NCBI GenBank assembly: GCA_038884755.1
Contig: JAWABJ010000001.1
Coordinates: 512,001-576,000 of the forward strand
Length of the DNA: 64,000 nucleotides
DNA from: Candidatus Norongarragalinales archaeon
GTDB lineage: Archaea; Micrarchaeota; Micrarchaeia; Norongarragalinales; Norongarragalinaceae
Direction: 5' to 3'
Position 1 is the stretch's first letter. Every line of letters begins with the position of its first letter. This document shows, one piece after another, positions 55,915-64,000 of this stretch. The notes under the pieces are model-generated. The model saw only the letters and a program-made list of their open reading frames with translations, did no database searches and was not told where the DNA came from. The position numbers and the translations under genes were made by a program.

Positions 55915-56126
55915 GCAGGGGTGGCGGAGCCTGGTCAAACGCGGGGGACTTAAGAAGCTTTTCTTTCTTTGCGAAAGAAAGAAAACCTTGGAAAAGAAAG
56001 AAACGATTTCCTTGGAAAAGAAAGAAAACCTTGGAAAAGAAAGAAACGATTTCCTTGGAAAAAAAGAAAAGCGCTTGCGAAATCCCCTCCCTTAGGGGTT
56101 CGGGAGTTCAAATCTCTCCCCCTGCA
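55915..56126 (+). tRNA. tRNA-Leu(UAA) with 127-nt intron (55955..56081) at 37/38
   Basis: GCAGGGG/CCCCTGC acceptor; GGGGA-CTTAAG^A-TCCCC; variable arm; TTCAAAT T-loop; TTTATAA box at about 55881. Confidence 0.93.
55986..56070 (+). repeat. Tandem repeat inside the tRNA-Leu intron
   Basis: Four CCTTGGAAAA(G)AAAGAAA units at 55986, 56010, 56029 and 56053; higher-order period 43 nt. Confidence 0.9.
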
Positions 56127-56214
56127 CTAAAACCACGTCTCTAAGCACTAGCCAATTCGGCATGAACGTGCCGAATTCGGCGCGAACCCAAATAATGCCC
56201 TTCCGCGGAGGAAG

Positions 56215-59200
56215 ATGAGCATGAACGGGTTTGAAGTGCACAAGAGCATGAAGAATTTCGAGCAATCCTGCGACCGCCTCGAGCGTGATGAACTGGTTTG
56301 CCCGGAAAACAAGAAACTGATTCTATCGTTTTCCAAGATGAGGCTGGCCAAGGGCTCAAGCCGCCTGCGCGTAGTCAAGTGCATGTACGGCTTGCGCTTT
56401 CTATCGCACTGGCTGAAAAAGCCTTTTGAGCAGGCAACAAAAAACGACTTGATTGAGTTAGTTGGCGAAATCGAGCGGCAAGACTATTCCGAAAATTCAA
56501 AGTACGACTTCAAAGTCATTCTCAAAATGTTCTACAAATGGCTGAAAGGCAACGACGAGACTTTCCCGCCTGAAATCAGTTGGTTAAAGCCCAAGCTCAA
56601 CAACCACGCCCACAAACTGCCCGAAGAATTGCTGACTCAAGACGAGGTTTTGAAAATGACTGAAGCCGCGGACAACCCTCGCGACAAGGCGTTGATTCTC
56701 GTCTTGTACGAAACCGGTTGCAGGATTGGCGAAATGCTTTCCCTGCGAATGAAAAACGTCATCTTCGACCAGTACGGCGCGATTCTCCGAGTAACTGGAA
56801 AAACAGGAGACCGGCGCGTGCGAATCATAAGCTCCGCGCCAGTCTTGGCATCGTGGATTGAAGTATACGCGCACGCGAAAGACCCGGAAGCGCCCTTGTG
56901 GCCGCCTTTAGCAACAAACCACAAGAATAGAAACCAGCCAGCTGAACACAGTTCCATCAACATAATGATAAAGCGCTTGGCAAAGAAAGCAGGCATCAAA
57001 AAAAGAGTTTACGCTCACTTGTTCCGCCACTCCCGCGCGACGTTCTTGGCCGAAAAACTGACCGAGGCTCAAATGAAGGAGTATTTCGGCTGGGTCCAAT
57101 CGTCTGAAATGGCGGCCACCTATGTTCATCTTTCTGGCCGCGACGTCGACAACGCCTTGCTCGCTTTGCAGGGCCTGGCAAAGCCCGAGGACAAAAAGGA
57201 AGAACAAATCAAGGTTTGTTTTTGTCCTCGTTGCAGGGAAAAGAATTCTCCCATTGCAAAGTTTTGCCTGCGTTGTGGCACGCCCAACCAAGCGCTTGAA
57301 ACCAAGCTTGCGGACACGAAGCGGCTTTACGACTCTCTTTACAAGGGAGAGGAAAAGATTTTCCGCGTCTCGCTTTACGTGGACAACAAGGAGAACACTG
57401 AGGAAAAACTGAATTTCCTCACTGAAAAATGCAAGTCGAACCTCAACTCCCTGCTTATCATTCCAAAAACGTGCAACTACCGAATGGCCGAGGGAATCAA
57501 GTCCTGCCTGCCATTGTGCCAAGACGAGCTGAAAGTACAGCAAGAGTTTTCCACCAACTCGCTTGCCGCAACAATTCCATTCATTTCCACTTCTTCCGGG
57601 CGCAAGAATGGCGTCCTGTTCGCAAAGGAAGAGGAAACCAAGAACCCAGTGTTCATCGACTTCGAGTCGCTTCCAAACAAGCACTTTTTCGTCATCGGAA
57701 CTTCTGGCTCAGGCAAAAGCTATACTGCAAAATATTTGCTGATTCAGCTTTTCATCGCCCTCGATGCTCGGATTTATGTTCTCGACCCAAACGCCGAGTA
57801 CCGCGACTTGTGCACTCGCTTTGGCGGCCAGAACATAGAGATTTCCCGAACTTCAGACAGCGTCATCAACGTATTCGACTTGGCGAACGAGGACTACGGA
57901 AGCAAAATGCTTTCGCTGATATCAGTTTTCGACCTCATCGTTGGCGGCTTGTCCGAAAGCCAGAAAGGAGTTCTCAACCGCTTGCTCATACAAACTTACG
58001 AATTGAAAGGCATCACGCAAGGCGATGTTTCCTCTTGGAACAACGAACCGCCAACTTTTTCTGATTTCTTCAACGTTGTCCAGAAAGTCAGAAGCGACGC
58101 GTTGGGCTCGGACAAGCTGCAAAACAAGCAGGAAACCAAGAGCCTCGAAGTCCTAGCGAACCGCACGAGCATGTACGTCAAAGGCGGATTCTTTGGCTTT
58201 CTAGACCAGGAGACGAAGATAGACATCAAGCAACGGTTCATCAACTTTGACTTGAGCCAATTGCCTGGCGCGGTGAAGCCGCTCATGATGTTCGCCGTTC
58301 TCGACTTCATTATCCGCGAAATCAAGAAAGACAACAAGCCCAAAGTCTTATTGATTGACGAGGGCTGGACGCTGTTGCGTAGCAGGGAAGCCGAAAACTA
58401 CCTGCTTGACTTCATCAAGACGTCGAGGAAATACGGCGCTTCAATCGGCTTCATTACGCAAGAGATTGAAGACTTGCTTGCAAGCGAAAGCGGAAAGAGT
58501 ATTCTCAACCAGACTTCCACCAAGATTTTGATGCGGCAGAACACTACGAACATAGACTTGATTTCCAACTTCCTGAAACTCAATAATTCGGAAAAAGATT
58601 TTCTCATAAAGTGCCAGAAAGGCCACGGGCTTTTGATAGCTGGCGATGAGCACACGCGCTTCTTCACAAAGCCGCCGAAAGCAATCCACGAAATGATCAC
58701 CACCGACCCCGCGGAAGTGCTGGAAATCAAGCGCAAGGAAGCCCTTGGGCAAGTGGCGCAAGCGAAAAAAGAGTTGCGGGAGGCCAAGCCTTTAAGTCCA
58801 GAGGAAGAAGTCAAATGGGATGAAAAGCGGAAAGCCAGCTTGGACGTGAACAAAGACTACTACAAAGTTTCCGAGTTGAACGAGAACCAAATCAAGGTTC
58901 TGAAACGCATGGGCTACCAGGAAGTGCAGTTCGAGCCTTTCGGAAAAGGCGTCGGGCCTCTTTGGCTGGTTCTGACTCACGGAAAGGAAAGCCCAAAGCA
59001 CGTGATGATGGTGAGAGCAACGCGCGACGAGATTCTAAAGTACTGCAACGACGTCATTTTGAACGACACTGTCGAACCGGATGTCGTCGCAGTGCACAAA
59101 GGAAAGAAAATCGCTTTTGAGATTGAAACTGGTTCTTGGGTGGAAACCAGAAAACCAGAATTGGAGCAACGCTTTTCCAGGCTGAGGGCAAAATATCCGG

Positions 59201-59313
59201 ACGGCTATTACATAATCGTAACCAACGCCGCCTACGAATCCGATTATCAACCATTCGGAACCGTAATTACGAAGAACAAGCTTCAGGAATCAATTAAGGC
59301 AATATTCTCCTGA
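56215..59313 (+). CDS. Fusion: tyrosine integrase + Zn ribbon + VirB4-like ATPase + PD-(D/E)XK-like domain
   Basis: ETGCRIGE, GKTG, HLFRHSRAT, FGW, ATYVH; CPRC...CLRC; GTSGSGKS, LLIDEGW, RKYG, ITQ; ESPKH...EPDV...FEIETG. Confidence 0.88.
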   Translation: MSMNGFEVHKSMKNFEQSCDRLERDELVCPENKKLILSFSKMRLAKGSSRLRVVKCMYGLRFLSHWLKKPFEQATKNDLIELVGEIERQDYSENSKYDFKVILKMFYKWLKGNDETFPPEISWLKPKLNNHAHKLPEELLTQDEVLKMTEAADNPRDKALILVLYETGCRIGEMLSLRMKNVIFDQYGAILRVTGKTGDRRVRIISSAPVLASWIEVYAHAKDPEAPLWPPLATNHKNRNQPAEHSSINIMIKRLAKKAGIKKRVYAHLFRHSRATFLAEKLTEAQMKEYFGWVQSSEMAATYVHLSGRDVDNALLALQGLAKPEDKKEEQIKVCFCPRCREKNSPIAKFCLRCGTPNQALETKLADTKRLYDSLYKGEEKIFRVSLYVDNKENTEEKLNFLTEKCKSNLNSLLIIPKTCNYRMAEGIKSCLPLCQDELKVQQEFSTNSLAATIPFISTSSGRKNGVLFAKEEETKNPVFIDFESLPNKHFFVIGTSGSGKSYTAKYLLIQLFIALDARIYVLDPNAEYRDLCTRFGGQNIEISRTSDSVINVFDLANEDYGSKMLSLISVFDLIVGGLSESQKGVLNRLLIQTYELKGITQGDVSSWNNEPPTFSDFFNVVQKVRSDALGSDKLQNKQETKSLEVLANRTSMYVKGGFFGFLDQETKIDIKQRFINFDLSQLPGAVKPLMMFAVLDFIIREIKKDNKPKVLLIDEGWTLLRSREAENYLLDFIKTSRKYGASIGFITQEIEDLLASESGKSILNQTSTKILMRQNTTNIDLISNFLKLNNSEKDFLIKCQKGHGLLIAGDEHTRFFTKPPKAIHEMITTDPAEVLEIKRKEALGQVAQAKKELREAKPLSPEEEVKWDEKRKASLDVNKDYYKVSELNENQIKVLKRMGYQEVQFEPFGKGVGPLWLVLTHGKESPKHVMMVRATRDEILKYCNDVILNDTVEPDVVAVHKGKKIAFEIETGSWVETRKPELEQRFSRLRAKYPDGYYIIVTNAAYESDYQPFGTVITKNKLQESIKAIFS

Positions 59314-59569
59314 CTGAAATGGCATTCAATTCGCACTCAAAACCTTGATCCAGCCTTCAAATCCGTTTTTCCAAGCGAATTCACGCATATTGAAAACGCA
59401 TTCAAAACCAGTTTTTGGCAGTCAAAACCTCGTTTTGCGCTTCGAAAACGCCATATTAATTCAACTACTCGATTGAATGGCTTTATCGAATTGCTTGCAT
59501 GATTTTGCGCAATTCTCCGCGAATCATTATTGCACCCTTTCCTCAAATCTGTTTATCGAGGTGGTTTGC

Positions 59570-59758
59570 GTGAAGAAACAAGCTTTTGTCGAAATGACAG
59601 AAAGAGGGCAAATAACCCTGCCAAAATGGATCAGGGACAAAATGCAGTTGAAAGGAGGCGAGACCTTCGTTCCCGAGCAGGACGGCGAAAACATAATCCT
59701 GCGGAGACTCAAGATAGACCTGCCGACCGCTCCCGTGAAAATTGAGCCATCGGCTTAG
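59570..59758 (+). CDS. AbrB/MazE/SpoVT-family DNA-binding protein
   Basis: MTERGQITLPKWIRDKMQLKGGE; GAGGTG SD before GTG 59570. Confidence 0.85.
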   Translation: MKKQAFVEMTERGQITLPKWIRDKMQLKGGETFVPEQDGENIILRRLKIDLPTAPVKIEPSA

Positions 59759-59934
59759 AGGTCTTGAGGCATTACGGTAGAGCGGTGGTTTCGCTCTGCT
59801 CGCTTTACTGCTTTGAGGAGTAGCGCGCGGACTTCCTTATCGAGTTCCGAAAATGTTTCAGTAGCAACACGCTTTCCGTTTTGTTTTAGGAAAGTCCGCA
59901 CCGTGTTTTTGGAAAGCAGGGAGTCTCCCTTCAT
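59755..59934 (-). CDS. Histone-fold protein (short alpha3 type)
   Basis: 59 aa MKGDSLLSKNTVRTFLKQNGKRVATETFSELDKEVRALLLKAVKRAERNHRSTVMPQDL; RV loop and RxTVxxxD ending; SD GAGGTG; ATGA overlap with the cdc6 stop. Confidence 0.8.
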   Translation of the reverse strand: MKGDSLLSKNTVRTFLKQNGKRVATETFSELDKEVRALLLKAVKRAERNHRSTVMPQDL

Positions 59935-61079
59935 TTTTTCACCTCTTGCCAGCTGAGCCTGATTTTCTTTGAGTTGAGCATCGGATTGCTTCCCTTCACT
60001 TCCTCGATTACGACAAGGTTTTTCGCTTCTAATGCTTTGAGGTAGTTCCGAATTTGTCTTTTTGTGCGAGTCAGCTTCTTGCAAAAAGCTAAGTACAACT
60101 CCGAGGATTGTTTTTCCCCGGTTTTCAGAATCTCAAGAATAAGCTTTTCTTCTTCGGTTAAGCTTTTTGAACGTATTTCGAAACTGCACTCTTCCACTAG
60201 CATATTTTTAGAGTCGTAAAGCGTCTTGCCGTCCACTGCCTCAACATCTTCGACCGTAATCTTCTTTTTGTCTTGCTTGTCCGCGTGCTTTGCGGCCTTC
60301 CACAAAAGCTCAAGCCCAACCCGCACATTGCTTTTTCTTGCAACTGCTTTTTCAGCGCACGCTTCAATCACGTCCTTGCCCCAACTTCCAGGCAAGAGCC
60401 CAGCCTTGGCTCGTTCTGCCAGAATTTCAGCCATTTGCTGTTTGTTATAGTGCTTGAACTCAAAGTCAGTAAAGCGAACCGAGCTCTTGATTCTCATGTC
60501 CTTATTTACGAGCAAGTAAGGGTCGTTGGAGATGCCAATTATTCCAAAGAAGGGCTTGCCTTTGCCTGCTCTTGAAAGCTCGTAAAGCAATTTTTCCTCG
60601 TTGTGGAAAAACAAGCCGTCCAACTCGTCCAAAACCACTAAAACGCGCACTCCTTCTTTCTCCATTACTTCTGTGATACGGTTGAACACCTCGTCTGTTG
60701 CCAAGCCGCGGCGGGGCAGTATTTCCTTCAATTGGTTTACGATGAGCGAGTAAACCGCCATTCTGGTTGAGTACTCCCAACAATTAGCGTAAACGGTTCT
60801 GACGCGGGAAGTGTATTCCTCCATTTCCTTCAAAACATGCTTTACGCAAGTGGTTTTTCCAGTTCCGCTGTCTCCGTGAATGAACAAGTTGTCCGGCTGG
60901 CGGCCGTCAATCAAAGGCTTTATTGCTTCTGCAATGGCTTGCATTTCAGCCTCGCGGTGCAACAACTCGGCAGGATAATACTCGGGCATGAGAACCTCTT
61001 CCCGAGTAACAAGGCTTGCGTCATCGCGTTGCGTGCTGCTAAACAGGCGGCTCACCAAACCCACCAAAAACCATTTCAC
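59931..61079 (-). CDS. cdc6: Orc1/Cdc6 replication initiator
   Basis: YYPAELLHRE, GDSGTGKT, YANC, LDELD, C-terminal winged helix. Confidence 0.92.
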   Translation of the reverse strand: MKWFLVGLVSRLFSSTQRDDASLVTREEVLMPEYYPAELLHREAEMQAIAEAIKPLIDGRQPDNLFIHGDSGTGKTTCVKHVLKEMEEYTSRVRTVYANCWEYSTRMAVYSLIVNQLKEILPRRGLATDEVFNRITEVMEKEGVRVLVVLDELDGLFFHNEEKLLYELSRAGKGKPFFGIIGISNDPYLLVNKDMRIKSSVRFTDFEFKHYNKQQMAEILAERAKAGLLPGSWGKDVIEACAEKAVARKSNVRVGLELLWKAAKHADKQDKKKITVEDVEAVDGKTLYDSKNMLVEECSFEIRSKSLTEEEKLILEILKTGEKQSSELYLAFCKKLTRTKRQIRNYLKALEAKNLVVIEEVKGSNPMLNSKKIRLSWQEVKK

Positions 61080-61231
61080 AACAAGGAGATTTAAAATTAA
61101 CGGCTAAAAATACCAAATTACTGCGGAAATGAGGTGTGTCTGTGTTTCGATAAATGTTTTGTGGTTCCTAACCAATCTTTCCAAACAATAAGTATAAATA
61201 CTATGATGTTTCATAACTATATGTGATTTAA

Positions 61232-62920
61232 ATGGCTAAGGCTGATGAACGCAAGGCTGCTGTTCTTGATGTCGTGCAAGCGAAGGGCAAGCCGGTTACT
61301 CCGCAAGACGTTGGGCAGGAGCTTGGCGTGTCTTGGAATACTGCTCAAACGTACTTGCAAGAGCTCGCTGCAGAGGGTTTTTTGCAGCACGAGAAAGTCG
61401 GCGGCCAAAACTTGTTTTTCATCAAAACTGGGGCGGGGGCTAAGCTGACTCAGCAAGAGCTTGAAGCGCACTTGTGGAAAGCCGCGGACATTCTGCGCGG
61501 GAGCATTGATTCGTCGGATTACAAGAACTATATTTTTGGGATGCTTTTCCTCAAGCGCTTGAACGACGTTTTCGAGGAGGAAGCCGAACGCATTGAGAAA
61601 GAAACTGGGAACAAGAAAGCGGCTTGGGAAGATCCTGACGAGCACCAGTTTTTTGTTCCGCCTCGCGCAAGATGGGAAGAACTCCGCAAAGCCACCGCAG
61701 ATATTGGTGCGGCAATAAACAAAGCCAACGAAGCTTTGGAAGAGCAAAATCCTTTGCTTGAAGGCGTTCTCGCGGTAACCGATTTTAATAATAAAGACCG
61801 CTTGCCTGACCGCGTTCTTTCCAAGCTAATCATTCACTTCAGCAAATACCGCTTGCGAAATTCAGACCTGTCCGAGCCCGACTTGCTTGGACGCGCTTAT
61901 GAGTACCTAATCAAGCAATTCGCTGACGACGCTGGAAAGAAGGGAGGCGAATTCTACACGCCCCAGAAAGTCGTTCAACTCATTGTTCACTTGCTTAAGC
62001 CTACTGAGGGCATGCGCGTTTGCGACCCTTGTTGCGGTTCAGGCGGAATGCTCATTGAAACCGTGCGCTACTTGCGCGAGCACAAGAAGAACCCGCGCAA
62101 TATTTCTCTTTACGGCCAAGAGAAGAACTTGAACACGTGGGCTATTTGCAAAATGAATTTGTTGCTTCACGGCGTTTTGGATGCGCGAATCGAAAAGGGC
62201 GACACGCTTTTGACGCCTAAGCTTCTTGAAGACCGCCAACTCATGCTCTTCGACCGCGTGATCGCCAACCCAATGTGGAATCAGGACGAGTGGGGTCGCG
62301 ACGAGTTGTTGAAAGGCGACCCGTACGGCCGTTTTGTGTTCGGTTTGCCGCCTCAAAAGACTGCTGACTGGGCTTGGATTCAACACATGTTTGCAACTCT
62401 CAAGAATGAGGGCAAGCTCGGTATCGTGTTGGACAACGGCGTTCTCTTCCGAGGCGGGCAGGAAGGGAAAATACGTCAGAAATTCTTGGAAAAAGACTTC
62501 GTCGAGGCCGTCATTGCTTTGCCCTCTAATTTGTTTTACAACACGCCTTCGCCTGGCTGTATAATGATAATCAACCGCGCGAAGGAAGCCAAGCGCAAGG
62601 GCAAAGTATTGTTCATTTACGCGGCAAACGATTACGAAGAAGGCAAGGCCCAGAATTTCTTGCGTGATTCTGACGTTCAAAAAATCATTAAAACATTCGA
62701 AGACTTTAAGGACATAGACAAGTACGCGAAGGTCGCGACGCTTGAAGAAATCAAGGAAAACGACTACAACTTGAATGTAACGCGTTACGTAGACGTTACC
62801 GAGCCAGAGCCGAAAATTGATGTTAGGAAGGCTTACGCCGAGCTTAAAGCAAGCGAGCAAAAGCGCAAGGAAACCGAGAAGCAATTAGAGCAATACTTGA
62901 AGGTGCTCGGATATGACTAA
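61232..62920 (+). CDS. hsdM: Type I R-M methyltransferase HsdM with N-terminal winged-HTH
   Basis: LWKAADILRG, GEFYTP, DPCCGSGG, ANPMW, YNLNVTRYV; first ~65 aa HTH-like. Confidence 0.93.
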   Translation: MAKADERKAAVLDVVQAKGKPVTPQDVGQELGVSWNTAQTYLQELAAEGFLQHEKVGGQNLFFIKTGAGAKLTQQELEAHLWKAADILRGSIDSSDYKNYIFGMLFLKRLNDVFEEEAERIEKETGNKKAAWEDPDEHQFFVPPRARWEELRKATADIGAAINKANEALEEQNPLLEGVLAVTDFNNKDRLPDRVLSKLIIHFSKYRLRNSDLSEPDLLGRAYEYLIKQFADDAGKKGGEFYTPQKVVQLIVHLLKPTEGMRVCDPCCGSGGMLIETVRYLREHKKNPRNISLYGQEKNLNTWAICKMNLLLHGVLDARIEKGDTLLTPKLLEDRQLMLFDRVIANPMWNQDEWGRDELLKGDPYGRFVFGLPPQKTADWAWIQHMFATLKNEGKLGIVLDNGVLFRGGQEGKIRQKFLEKDFVEAVIALPSNLFYNTPSPGCIMIINRAKEAKRKGKVLFIYAANDYEEGKAQNFLRDSDVQKIIKTFEDFKDIDKYAKVATLEEIKENDYNLNVTRYVDVTEPEPKIDVRKAYAELKASEQKRKETEKQLEQYLKVLGYD

Positions 62921-64000
62921 GCCCGGCTTTAAGCAAACCGAAATCGGAGAAATACCTGAAGAATGGGAATTAGCAAAAATCTGCGATAAGTGTTTGATTA
63001 TAAAGGGTAGAAAACCGCAGAAAATCTATGAAGAACAGGTTGATGGAGGCAGGCCATACTTGCTTGTCGAACACATGTCTGGCGGCCAAAAATTTTTCAC
63101 GGATGATCCAGCAGTACCGGATTGTTACGAACAGGATACTCTTCTTATAATGGACGGATCACGGTCTGGCTTAGTTTTTACCGGATACGCCGGCGCAATA
63201 GGTTCTACCTTCGGTGCAGTACGCCCAAAAGATGAGACAGTCATATCCAGATTTGTCTATTATTTCTTACAAACAAAATACGAATTATTGCAAACACACA
63301 GAACCAAAGGAGCAATTCCTCATGTTGATAAGCAAATACTCCGTAACATGCTAATTCCGCTTCCGCCTCTTCCTGAGCAGCAGAAAATCGCTTCTGTGCT
63401 TTCCACTGTTGACGAGGCAATCCAGCAAACGAACGAAGTCATTGAGCAAGCCAAGCAAGTAAAGAAGGGTTTAATGCAAGAGTTGTTGACGCGTGGGATT
63501 GGGCACAAAAAGTTTAAGCAAACCGAAATCGGAGAAATACCAGAAGAATGGGAAACCGCACGGCTAACTGACATTGCAAATTATTTCAATGGACGCGCGT
63601 TTAAACCAAGCGATTGGAAGACTAAAGGGCTTCCGATAATTCGAATTCAGAATTTAACAGACCCGCAAGAATTATACAACTATTACGATGGTCAAGTCGA
63701 TGAAGAGAATTTAATCCAAAAAGGGGACTTGCTTTTTTCTTGGTCGGCCACATTAGGCGCGTTCATATGGCACAAAGATACGGCAGTATTGAACCAACAC
63801 ATATTCAAAGTAATTCCTAAGAGCAATGTTTACAAGAATTTTCTATATTACAATTTGTTTTCTGCTATTGAGCGCCTAAAGCAAAGAGTTCATGGTTCTA
63901 CTATGCGCCATTTTAGAAAGGGAGAACTCTCGAAAATTATTGTTCCACTTCCGCCTCTCCCTGAGCAGCAAAAAATAGCAGAAATTCTTTCTGTAGAGGA
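62913..64000 (+). CDS. hsdS: Type I R-M specificity subunit HsdS (runs off right edge; not in ORF track)
   Basis: MTKPGFKQTEIGEIPEEW...PLPPLPEQQKIA...KKGLMQELLTRGIGHKKFKQTEIGEIPEEW...PLPPLPEQQKIA. Confidence 0.93.
   Translation, partial: MTKPGFKQTEIGEIPEEWELAKICDKCLIIKGRKPQKIYEEQVDGGRPYLLVEHMSGGQKFFTDDPAVPDCYEQDTLLIMDGSRSGLVFTGYAGAIGSTFGAVRPKDETVISRFVYYFLQTKYELLQTHRTKGAIPHVDKQILRNMLIPLPPLPEQQKIASVLSTVDEAIQQTNEVIEQAKQVKKGLMQELLTRGIGHKKFKQTEIGEIPEEWETARLTDIANYFNGRAFKPSDWKTKGLPIIRIQNLTDPQELYNYYDGQVDEENLIQKGDLLFSWSATLGAFIWHKDTAVLNQHIFKVIPKSNVYKNFLYYNLFSAIERLKQRVHGSTMRHFRKGELSKIIVPLPPLPEQQKIAEILSVE

Larger units (their letters stand above)
56127..64000. mobile_element. Integrative element at the 3' end of tRNA-Leu (extends beyond window)
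   Basis: Tyrosine integrase about 90 bp after the tRNA; VirB4-like ATPase, Orc1/Cdc6, AbrB and type I R-M cargo; distal att site not in window. Confidence 0.85.

Noticed and set aside
55986..56070. CRISPR-like repeat array
   Set aside because: Spacers are absent or identical 6-mers, the repeats lie inside a tRNA intron, and no cas genes are present
55691..56095. 134-aa ORF
   Set aside because: Overlaps rpl40e out of frame and tRNA-Leu; its repeats come from the intron
59337..59546. 69-aa ORF as a toxin partner for the AbrB protein
   Set aside because: No PIN/MazF/RelE features; the region looks like AT-rich intergenic DNA with imperfect inverted repeats
59935..60084. N-terminal extension of the histone ORF
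   Set aside because: Overlaps cdc6 in another frame; the SD and ATGA coupling place the start at 59934

Overview
Archaeal chromosome segment. Archaeal-type ribosomal proteins, EF-1alpha/EF-2, Rpo12 and tRNA introns in relaxed BHB motifs establish the domain; a fermentative DPANN lineage such as Micrarchaeota is my inference only. Layout: (1) 1-15.5 kb holds housekeeping, glycosyltransferase and surface genes, and an acdB-ldh-acdA fermentation operon. (2) 15.6-26.8 kb is a co-oriented secreted-protein locus that looks like an undescribed donor-strand-exchange filament system. It encodes a 199-aa subunit, a membrane anchor whose mature N-terminus copies the subunit's N-terminal strand (DYAQTTVFFNV vs EFGQGGIFFGV), a 1599-aa adhesin ending in a split subunit-like domain, two paralogous membrane proteins each placed directly after a subunit-domain gene, a MinD ATPase and a beta-helix protein. 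(3) 26.8-55.8 kb holds transport and translation genes, including a joined rpoP-S10/spc-secY-L30e-nusA-str cluster; uS14, Rpo12 and eL40 are absent from the ORF track. (4) Three tRNAs (Ser-UGA, Thr-GGU, Leu-UAA) all carry 37/38 introns built from related T-rich/A-rich palindromes. (5) From 56.1 kb to the window end is an element integrated at tRNA-Leu. It encodes a single integrase/VirB4-like ATPase/nuclease fusion ORF, an AbrB-type regulator, a histone coupled to Orc1/Cdc6, and a type I R-M system with an HTH-fused HsdM. All calls come from motif recognition by eye; no searches were run.
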